The position numbers and the translations under genes are program-made. A stretch of DNA of 64,000 nucleotides from Trueperaceae bacterium (lineage in GTDB: Bacteria; Deinococcota; Deinococci; Deinococcales; Trueperaceae), in the NCBI GenBank assembly GCA_963668485.1, contig OY764543.1, positions 493,493 through 557,492 on the forward strand, written 5' to 3'. The first letter of the stretch is position 1. Each line of letters opens with the position of its first letter. The notes beneath the pieces are model-generated. The model did not search any database and had not been told where the DNA came from. It saw only the letters and a list, made by a program, of their open reading frames with translations. Positions 21,088 through 28,757 of this stretch are shown here, piece by piece.

Positions 21088-22704
21088 GTGCTCTCGTCCC
21101 TCCGCAACCCCCAACTGCTCCGCCCGGTCTGGCGGCTGGCGCTGCCAGTGATCCTAACCAACCTGCTGATGGCGCTAGTCAACATCGCCGACGTGTTCAT
21201 GGTGGGGCGCCTAGGGCCAATCGAGATCGCCGCGGTCGGCATGAGTTCCACCGTGCGACTGCTAGTGATCATCTTCGCATTCTCAGTGACCGCCGGCGCC
21301 ATGGCACTAGTGGCCCAGGCCAAGGGTGCACGCGACCCTTCCCGGCTCAGCTTCGTGGCCAGGCAGTCGATATCGCTAACGCTTGTGCTGGCACTGATGC
21401 TGAGCCTCGTCGGCTGGGTACTAGCCGAACCAACCTTGCGGTTCCTCAACGGCGACGGCGAACCCCTCGCTGTCAGGTTGGGCACGAAATACCTTCAGCT
21501 ACTCTTCGCAGGCACGGTGTTCCTCGCTGGCAACTGGCTGGTGAGCAGCCTGATGCAGGGGGCGGGCGACACCGTCACCCCGCTCTTCTTAAGTGGGGCT
21601 ATCAACGTGCTCAACATCCTCTTCAATTATCTGCTAATCTTCGGCCCCGGCCCCTTCCCAGGACTGGGGGTCACCGGTGCAGCACTGGGCACCATCCTGG
21701 CACGTATGCTGGGGGTAGTAGCTGGACTAGTCCTCTTCTACTCGGGCCGTAACGTCGTCCATATCCTTCCAGGGAGCTACCTCCCCAACTGGCGGATGTT
21801 CCGCGACATCCTCTCAATCGGCATCCCCTCGGCACTCCAGGGGATGGTGCGCAATACCTCGCAACTGCTAGTGATCCGCATCGTCACCTCAACGGCAGCG
21901 GGAAGTTACGGGGCTGCGGCCCTGGCTATCGGCCTGCAGATCGAATCGCTGGCCTTCATGCCGGGGCTAGCCATCAGCATCGCAGCCACCAATCTGGTGG
22001 GGCAGTCTCTAGGCGCCTGGCAGGTTGACGATGCGCGGCGCTGGGGCGACGCCGCCAGCTTGCTGGGGATGATCGTGATGTCGATCATCGGCGTTTTGCT
22101 AGTGCTCTTCGCCCCCAGTCTAGTGAGATTATTCGACCCTAGCGCCCACCCTACGGTGGTGGCTGCCGGAACCTCGTACATCCGTATCGTTTCACTGAGC
22201 CTTCCCGTGCTAGCCCTGTCAATGGTATACAACGGTGCCCTGCGCGGAGCAGGAGACACCACCCCAGGCCTCTTCGGAAACCTGCTCGGACGCTGGCTCA
22301 TAGGAGTGCCGACCGCCTACCTGCTCGCGGTGGTGCTCGGCATGGGACCTGCAGGGGTATGGTGGGGCCTAGTAGCAGGTACCGCTGTGGCGGGCATCTA
22401 CGTGCTGATTCGCTGGCAGGGAGGGCGCTGGGCTGACGTGGCTTTGCGCAAGACCGACCTGTACCGACGGCATCTCGTCAACCTGCCTGAGGAAACCCGG
22501 GAACGCTATCTGCGCGAGATCCGCACCTCCCTAATGGCACGACCGGGTGCCACCGAACATATCGAGGAGGCAAACGTGCGCTACCAGCTAGGCCAGAGCG
22601 GGTCCGTCCGCATCCACTTCACGGCCCAGGACTATCAGGTGGCTCAGGACGAAGGAGGCGAGGACAGACCGATCCCCGGCCCGAACGAAGCTCCCCGCTC
22701 CTAG
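21088..22704 (+). CDS. MATE-family efflux transporter with a ~90-aa cytoplasmic C-terminal extension
   Basis: 538 aa, 12 predicted TM segments, and the N-terminal MATE signature (...WRLALPVILTNLLMALVNIADVFMVGRLG...). Confidence 0.85.
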   Translation: MLSSLRNPQLLRPVWRLALPVILTNLLMALVNIADVFMVGRLGPIEIAAVGMSSTVRLLVIIFAFSVTAGAMALVAQAKGARDPSRLSFVARQSISLTLVLALMLSLVGWVLAEPTLRFLNGDGEPLAVRLGTKYLQLLFAGTVFLAGNWLVSSLMQGAGDTVTPLFLSGAINVLNILFNYLLIFGPGPFPGLGVTGAALGTILARMLGVVAGLVLFYSGRNVVHILPGSYLPNWRMFRDILSIGIPSALQGMVRNTSQLLVIRIVTSTAAGSYGAAALAIGLQIESLAFMPGLAISIAATNLVGQSLGAWQVDDARRWGDAASLLGMIVMSIIGVLLVLFAPSLVRLFDPSAHPTVVAAGTSYIRIVSLSLPVLALSMVYNGALRGAGDTTPGLFGNLLGRWLIGVPTAYLLAVVLGMGPAGVWWGLVAGTAVAGIYVLIRWQGGRWADVALRKTDLYRRHLVNLPEETRERYLREIRTSLMARPGATEHIEEANVRYQLGQSGSVRIHFTAQDYQVAQDEGGEDRPIPGPNEAPRS

Positions 22705-22861
22705 CAACAGATGCGAGGGAAGGCAATCCGCCTCCCCACTGGATTGAGAAAGTGTCCTGATTCGAAATCCGATCGTAGTGTAAGATTGTCTCTACCCCCC
22801 GAAGGAAGTCGGGCCAGTTCTGCTGAGGCAGCTATGAACCCTAGGATGGGAAGATAGAACT

Positions 22862-23995
22862 ATGCAGGATTTCAAAGATGAACTTGTCGCCTTCAGCAAG
22901 GTCGCGGTTACTAGGTCCGAGCGAGTCACGTCCGAAGAGGCGGCCAAACAATACTTGATCCTCCCCTTCTTTCAACTCCTGGGGTATGACCCACTCGATC
23001 CAGACGAAATCATCCCAGAGGCACAAGCCTCCTTTAGCGACAAATTCAAGAACAAAGTGGACTATGCCATCTGCATTGATAGGGAGCCGGTAATTGGGGT
23101 CGAATGCAAGCGGACCGGGGAACTGGCAACCGCCGACAAGGGCGAAATCAGAGGCTATTTCAACGCTGTTCCCTCAATCAAGCTCGGCATACTTACAGAT
23201 GGCCTTGTCTATGAACTCTATTCGGATACAGACTCCGAAAACATGATGGATGAAAACCCTTTCGTCAAGTTCGACCTCGCCAACGTTGCACAGGAGCAAC
23301 TCAACGATCAGGCGGCCGATGCGCTTTGGAAACTCCGAAAGGGCACCTTCGATCCGGCCGATGTGGGCGCTGACGCTAAGAGGAAGATCTATGTTGCTCA
23401 ATACGTTGCGACTCTCAATAGGAGCTTTGAGAACCCGTCTGACATCTTCGTACGTGCCCTCATGGACCTGGCAGGAGTCGAGGGTAGGAGGACGGTCAAG
23501 CTTCTAGAAGAGCATGTGCCGATGGTTCGGGAATCTCTGCAGTTGTTCTTGGATCGGAAAATCCTTGAGCGTGTCGGATTCGCTAGCCGTCAGGACTTGG
23601 TGAAGGTCCAGCAAGCGCAATCGGAACGTGGCACACCTGATGATAGTGAGGGTGAGCAATCGGTCGAAATCAGCCACCGAGACGGAATAATTACCACCGA
23701 TACCGAACTCATGCTGTTCGATTATGTGAAAGGACGACTTGCCTTCTTGGTAGACAACAATAAGTTATTCAGGAAGATTCAGGAGCTTCAGTTTGTCGAT
23801 TACAAGACCATCTTCTCCGTCTACTACAAGCAGGAGCGGAAAGGAAGGCTCTTCAGTTTTCGAGAAGGGACATCCGGTAAATTCCGGTTCGATTTCCCCG
23901 AGTCCGAAGAGCCCTTCGAGGTAACTGATCTCTATCAGATCGACGAGCCGCTTCTCCAATCGTTCCTGAATCGAGTGGCGGATGTCGATGGTTAA
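22862..23995 (+). CDS. Stand-alone HsdR_N-type (type I restriction enzyme R-subunit N-terminal, PD-(D/E)xK) nuclease-domain protein with an uncharacterised C-terminal domain
   Basis: 377 aa. The N-terminal region ...YLILPFFQLLGYD...VDYAICIDREPVIGVECKR... has the D...E.K catalytic arrangement. Local GC (~50%) is clearly below the window average. Confidence 0.55.
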   Translation: MQDFKDELVAFSKVAVTRSERVTSEEAAKQYLILPFFQLLGYDPLDPDEIIPEAQASFSDKFKNKVDYAICIDREPVIGVECKRTGELATADKGEIRGYFNAVPSIKLGILTDGLVYELYSDTDSENMMDENPFVKFDLANVAQEQLNDQAADALWKLRKGTFDPADVGADAKRKIYVAQYVATLNRSFENPSDIFVRALMDLAGVEGRRTVKLLEEHVPMVRESLQLFLDRKILERVGFASRQDLVKVQQAQSERGTPDDSEGEQSVEISHRDGIITTDTELMLFDYVKGRLAFLVDNNKLFRKIQELQFVDYKTIFSVYYKQERKGRLFSFREGTSGKFRFDFPESEEPFEVTDLYQIDEPLLQSFLNRVADVDG

Positions 23996-24080
23996 CGGGG
24001 TTCGGATAGCGAGGTCTAAAGGCAAGGCCTATTTGAAGGGTCGTGCCTAGGTTCTGTTCGAGAACTGTACCAACGCACGG

Positions 24081-24098
24081 TTCCGAAGAGTCCGTCCT
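24081..24098. repeat. Solo IS-terminus-like 18-bp motif CCGAAGAGTCCGTCCTTG, at the edge of the low-GC HsdR_N island
   Basis: Same motif as the IS1595 IRs at 5110-5127 and 5775-5792 and as copies at 4575, 4770, 27281, 35493, 39186 and 61184. Confidence 0.4.
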
Positions 24099-24297
24099 TG
24101 ATTTCCAACCTTGTGTGGCCCTAATTGGGGGAAAGGGTCAGTAGCCGCCTACTGACGGTGATGAAGGTGCGTCCAAGCAGCACCACGAGGCCTGTTGCGC
24201 TGGCATATAGGAAGGGTGATGAGGAAGGCCAGCAGGAAGTGAGGATGAGGAACTATCAGGTCGCCTTTGGAGCCAGAGTCATCTTGTGCCAACTCTG

Positions 24298-26598
24298 CTA
24301 CGGTCTCAGATAAGCTACAGTCACCCCGTGCCCCCCCTCGTAGGGGACGGCATCCTCGAAACGCTGTACCCGCTTCTCCCGCTTAAGATAGGTCCGTACC
24401 GCCTCGCGTAGCGAACCGGTACCCTTACCGTGAACAATCCGTACCCTGAGTACCTTGAGGGCATGGGCCTCGAGGATGAAGTCGCGTACCTTCTCGATGC
24501 CCTGCTCGACCCGTTCACCACGGATGTTCAACTCGCTCTCTTGGCGAGCATCGCTGGTAGCAATAGCTACCGGCCGGAGCTCCTCGTTTCGCTGGACGGA
24601 GCGTACGTCTCGGGGCTCCACCTCAACCTTGAGGAGCCCAAGCTGTACCACGAGTTGATTGCCACGCACCTCTATGATCGGACCCTCAGCATCGTAGGGT
24701 TCGACGAAAACGATGGTGCCGGGAATCAGGGTGTCGCGCTCTCGTCGAACTGGCTCAGCGTGCTTTCTGTCCGCCTGCGTCTGCACATTGCGTCGAAGTT
24801 CCTGCAGAGCCTCTAGGGCACGGCCCCGCTGACTCGGCTCGGTGGTGGCTGCCCGCTTTAGCTCCTTAGCCCGCTGCATCGTATCCTGCAACATCTCTTC
24901 CGCACGCGCGGCAGCGGAGGCGAGGACCCCGGCCTCGCTCGCTCGCAGGGTCTCAATCTGGTCACGGAGGAGCCCGGCTTCCCAACGGGCCTGATCGCGA
25001 GCCTCGTGTGCCTCTTCCAGTTCATATCGAAGCGCCTCGCGCTGACCCTCAAGGATCACGAGCAAAGTCTCAAGACGCTCCCCCTCTGGTCCCAAGATGG
25101 CAGCAGCGCGGTCAAGGAGGTCGCCGGGAAGACCCAGCCGTTCTGCAATGGCTAGGGCGTAGGAGCGACCCGGCTGACCGACCACCAAGCGATAGGTGGG
25201 GCGCAACCGTTCCACATCGAAGTGCATCGCTGCGTTGTGGACACCCTGCGTCTCAGATGCGAACACCTTCAGAGGGGCTAGATGGGTCGTTACCAGCCCA
25301 CGCGCCCCAGAGGACAAGATCCGCTCCAGAATGCCCTGTGACAGAGCTGCTCCTTCAGTCGGGTCAGTGCCAGAGCCTAGTTCGTCGATGAGCACCAAAA
25401 CCCGCTCATCAGCCTGCTCGAGGATAGCTTTCAGGTTGGTAAGGTGCCCAGCGTAGGTGCTCAGGCTTGCCTCAATGCTCTGCTCGTCGCCTATGTCGGT
25501 GAGGACTGCCTCGAGGAGAGGAAGTTCGGGGGCAGGATCTGGGTTCGCTGCCACGAACAGCCCAGCATGAGCCATCACCGCCGCCAACCCAAGGGTTTTC
25601 AGCAAGACCGTCTTTCCGCCCGCATTGGGGCCGGTGACGACAAGGAGTCGCAGGTCGGTATCAAGCGAGATCGGATTGGGTACACACCCCTCTATGAGAG
25701 GGTGGCGGGCCTCCACTAGGTGAATCCGGCCCCCTTCACTGAAGCGCGGATGAGCGAGCTCCCAATCCTCAGCGAGGCGGGCGGAGGCGTTAACGAGATC
25801 CAGTTCTGCCAGGACCTCAAGGGTCTCATCGAGGCCGGGTGCCGATGCCAGGTGCTGTGCCAGAGCCTGCAGGATCCGGCGCACCTCGTCGCGCTCTTCT
25901 AGCTCGAGAAGCGCAAGCTCATTGTTCATGGGAACTACCGACTCGGGCTCGACAAAGACAGTGGCGCCAGAATTACTCTGGTCCAAGATGATGCCAGGGA
26001 CGTGAGACCGGGAACTCGCCCGGACCGGAATCACATAGCGGTCGCGTCGCAGGGTAATAATTGGGTCCTGGACATAGGCGCTGTAGGTGGCCAGAAGTCC
26101 CTGCAACCGATCTCGAATCCGCCCTCTAAGGGGGTTGAGCCTGCGGCGGATAGCCCTAAGCTTAGGGGTCGCGCTGTTGCGAACCTTGCCGTCGGTGTCG
26201 AGCTGCTCGCGAACCAAGCGGAGCGCACCATCGAAGCTACCGAGGCGGGCCGCAAGTGCACCCAGGGCAGGCCTCTCGGACGCAAGGATGCTCCTACGAA
26301 TGGTGTTGGAAGCGTCCATAGTGTAGGCTATCTCCAAGATTTCTGTCCCCTCGAGAAGCCGACCCTCGGCTACCCGCTGGAGGAGCGGCCGGATGTCGCT
26401 CACCCCGCCGAGGGAAAGTGCCCCACCACTCACCACCTCCTCAACCCTACTGAGAGCCTGCTCGACCGCACCCGCTTCCGCAAGCGGCACCAGTGCAAAC
26501 GCCCGCTCCTGGCCGCGGTAGGTCGAGGCACGTTCGGCCAGAGCCTCCCGAATACGGGGAAAGGCGAGCCTCTCAAGGGCGGCGGCCGCGATCTTCAC
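24298..26598 (-). CDS. mutS2: Endonuclease MutS2 (MutS domain with a C-terminal Smr domain)
   Basis: 766 aa with Walker A GPNAGGKT and the C-terminal Smr (...LRVRIVHGKGTGSLREAVRTYL...). Confidence 0.9.
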   Translation of the reverse strand: MKIAAAALERLAFPRIREALAERASTYRGQERAFALVPLAEAGAVEQALSRVEEVVSGGALSLGGVSDIRPLLQRVAEGRLLEGTEILEIAYTMDASNTIRRSILASERPALGALAARLGSFDGALRLVREQLDTDGKVRNSATPKLRAIRRRLNPLRGRIRDRLQGLLATYSAYVQDPIITLRRDRYVIPVRASSRSHVPGIILDQSNSGATVFVEPESVVPMNNELALLELEERDEVRRILQALAQHLASAPGLDETLEVLAELDLVNASARLAEDWELAHPRFSEGGRIHLVEARHPLIEGCVPNPISLDTDLRLLVVTGPNAGGKTVLLKTLGLAAVMAHAGLFVAANPDPAPELPLLEAVLTDIGDEQSIEASLSTYAGHLTNLKAILEQADERVLVLIDELGSGTDPTEGAALSQGILERILSSGARGLVTTHLAPLKVFASETQGVHNAAMHFDVERLRPTYRLVVGQPGRSYALAIAERLGLPGDLLDRAAAILGPEGERLETLLVILEGQREALRYELEEAHEARDQARWEAGLLRDQIETLRASEAGVLASAAARAEEMLQDTMQRAKELKRAATTEPSQRGRALEALQELRRNVQTQADRKHAEPVRRERDTLIPGTIVFVEPYDAEGPIIEVRGNQLVVQLGLLKVEVEPRDVRSVQRNEELRPVAIATSDARQESELNIRGERVEQGIEKVRDFILEAHALKVLRVRIVHGKGTGSLREAVRTYLKREKRVQRFEDAVPYEGGHGVTVAYLRP

Positions 26599-26794
26599 AA
26601 CCGCATCAGTATACGCCCGGATCCGGGACTAGCGACACACCCTGAAGAATATCTTCCTCCCCCGTCAGAGACTCACTCGTAAACACAAACAGGAAGATAC
26701 TCTTTGCATCACAGCCCCCAAGATTTCGTCGGTTACGCACTTAACAAGTCCTACTCCGGTCCCGATGCGGGTTAGCAGGTAGCCGACTCCCGCC

Positions 26795-27355
26795 GGTCGC
26801 AACCTGAGATCATCCCTACCCCCCGAAGGGAGGAAACCAGTCCTGGTACCCCCTGCACCAGCTGGCTAGACCGACCTCCAGTAACCGGTCTGGCCCCCAG
26901 CAACCATGAGGGCTCAACTACAGCCAGGCAGGCCCAACCTCGAGACCCGCAAGATCTACGGACCAGACTAGCTCTGTTACCAGGGGCGGATTCGCACAGG
27001 AGAAGCGAGCCCAAGAACTCTTCCCAAGGGCTGACAAGACCCGTAGAGTCCGGCTTTGGCCTCTTCGGGGCTTCGAGTTGCAGGTCTGGAACAGCGAGGC
27101 TAGGAAGAACAGCGGTAGCGCCCGGACCAGATCGGGAGAGTCTATCCTTGAGGTTCTGGGGACGTAGAGAGTGCTCAGACCATAACTGGAGCCGTGTAGA
27201 TCCACTCAAGCGGCCTCTACCCAACCACAGGGACTGATCCAGCAAATCTGTCCTTCCGATCGGATTAAGAGTGTTCGGGAATTGTAAGGACGGATTCGCT
27301 GGATTCGCTCACCTACGTGTCCGAGTGGAGGGCAGAGATAATCTCACGTTACGAC
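26795..27355 (-). mobile_element. MITE-like non-autonomous element, copy A (561 bp), with ~28-bp imperfect TIRs
   Basis: TIRs are GGTCGCAACCTGAGATCATCCCTACCCC (26795-) and the reverse complement of GGAGGGCAGAGATAATCTCACGTTACGACC (-27355). The ~480-bp core is near-identical to copies at 35442-36005 and 49276-49782. Confidence 0.7.
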
Positions 27356-27664
27356 CGGTGTGTGAAGTGGTTCAAAAACCCAACACACGTAGCGATGGCT
27401 TCTAGGCAGTCGCAGATCCGGAGGGCACCAAGGGTCGAGCGAAACCCGGAGCCGAAGCACCTCTCAACAGCTTCAGCATATGGTTCGGTGCCAGAGTCCA
27501 GGAAGATCTGGATCGATCGGGGTGTGAGCGCAAGGTGGGTGCCCCCCTAAGGCCACCCCGCTCTGTGATTCCAGGGACCCCAAGGATAGAGGGAGGAGAG
27601 ACCCCAGTGGCTGTGGGGAAGCGAGGTACTCAAGGCGCTGGCTCAACCTAGTAGACTTGTAGGC

Positions 27665-28183
27665 ATGGATTCGGGGCGTGCCCAGCATTCGCAGGCGGGA
27701 CCGAGGAGTGTGGCTGTTTCACTGCTCACCATCAGCGATACGCGGACGTTCGAGACCGATACCAGCGGTAATTACCTCGTGGAAGAACTTGGTCGCAACG
27801 GACACCGCTTGGTTGATCGTAGAATCATTCCGGATGAGCAGGGGGCCATCTGCGACGCCTTCACGGAATTTCTCGCAGGGAAGACGCAGGTGGTGATCTC
27901 CTCTGGCGGGACCGGGATCGCCGGACGGGACGTGACCATACCGGTCGTATCTTCACTCATTGTGAAGCCGATCCCGGGGTTCGGCGAACTGTTCCGGATG
28001 CTCTCCTACGCTGAAGTGGGGGGCGCAGCGATGCTCTCTCGTGCTGTCGGAGGGTTGGCCGAGGGCGGATTAATCTTCGCTCTGCCCGGTTCCAGGAATG
28101 CGGTGAGGACCGGATGGGAAAAGCTTCTCAAGGACGAACTGAGCCATCTGGTGTTCGAAGCGTTCCGTCACCGATCCTCTTGA
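27665..28183 (+). CDS. Molybdenum cofactor biosynthesis protein MogA/MoaB family
   Basis: 172 aa with ...[12 protein letters not shown]...[16 protein letters not shown]...GSRNAV.... Confidence 0.8.
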   Translation: MDSGRAQHSQAGPRSVAVSLLTISDTRTFETDTSGNYLVEELGRNGHRLVDRRIIPDEQGAICDAFTEFLAGKTQVVISSGGTGIAGRDVTIPVVSSLIVKPIPGFGELFRMLSYAEVGGAAMLSRAVGGLAEGGLIFALPGSRNAVRTGWEKLLKDELSHLVFEAFRHRSS

Positions 28184-28746
28184 CTCCAAGCCTCTTTCAG
28201 TTCGCTTATGGTGAATAGCTCCGATAGGGCAACCCCTTCCACCTCTAGCTTTGAGGTTCCCCCTGCCTCCCTATCGATCACGCACAGGGCGTCCGTCACA
28301 GTGGCCCCAGCCGACCGGAGATCCCGGATAGAGAGGATGAGCTGACCGCCGGAGGTGACCACGTCCTCAATCACGAGGAGTCGCACACCTCGAACCCCGA
28401 TACCCTCGGCGAACTTACTGGTTCCGTAGGCCTTGGCCTCTTTTCGCACGAACACGGTGGGCAGGTCGGTGAACTGAGAGAGCATCACAGCTAGCGGTAC
28501 ACCCCCTAGCTCGAGTCCTGCAAGGGCTTCGGTCTCCGGTGGAATGAATGGGACGAGAGCTCGCGTTACCCGGCGGAGGAGTTCGGGACAGCTCTCAAAC
28601 AGGTATTTGTCGAAGTACTCGCGGCTCGTGGCCCCTGACCGGAGCAGGAATTCTCCCTCAAGGTAGCAGGTTCGAAAGATGTCGGCCGCGAGGTTGGTAG
28701 AGGTCACGAGAGCCATTGTACCCAGGGGCAAGTATTCAGCAGGCAC
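28168..28746 (-). CDS. pyrE: Orotate phosphoribosyltransferase
   Basis: 192 aa with the PRPP-binding motif ...[16 protein letters not shown].... Confidence 0.8.
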   Translation of the reverse strand: MPAEYLPLGTMALVTSTNLAADIFRTCYLEGEFLLRSGATSREYFDKYLFESCPELLRRVTRALVPFIPPETEALAGLELGGVPLAVMLSQFTDLPTVFVRKEAKAYGTSKFAEGIGVRGVRLLVIEDVVTSGGQLILSIRDLRSAGATVTDALCVIDREAGGTSKLEVEGVALSELFTISELKEAWSQEDR

Positions 28747-28757
28747 TCGACAAATGT

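Noticed and set aside
26627-26690. Inverted repeat GAATATCTTCCT...AGGAAGATACTC upstream of mutS2
   Set aside because: It has a long loop and no U-run. It could be an operator, but there is no supporting evidence, so it is not reported as a feature.
26772-27245. 157-aa and 95-aa ORFs inside MITE copy A, with identical ORFs inside copies B (35555-36043, 35595-35882) and C (49256-49816, 49399-49686)
   Set aside because: Overlapping ORFs on both strands are expected in a high-GC repeat. There is no RBS or start context and no homology. Identity between copies reflects DNA-level repeat identity, not selection on a protein.
26795-27355. Resemblance of the MITE terminus (CTCACGTTAC) to the inner end of Tn3-family 38-bp IRs (AACTCACGTTAAG)
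   Set aside because: The shared 9-mer lies at the outer end here but at the inner end in Tn3 IRs. There is no GGGG outer terminus, no resolvase or res site, and the element is far smaller than Tn3 derivatives. The resemblance is judged coincidental.
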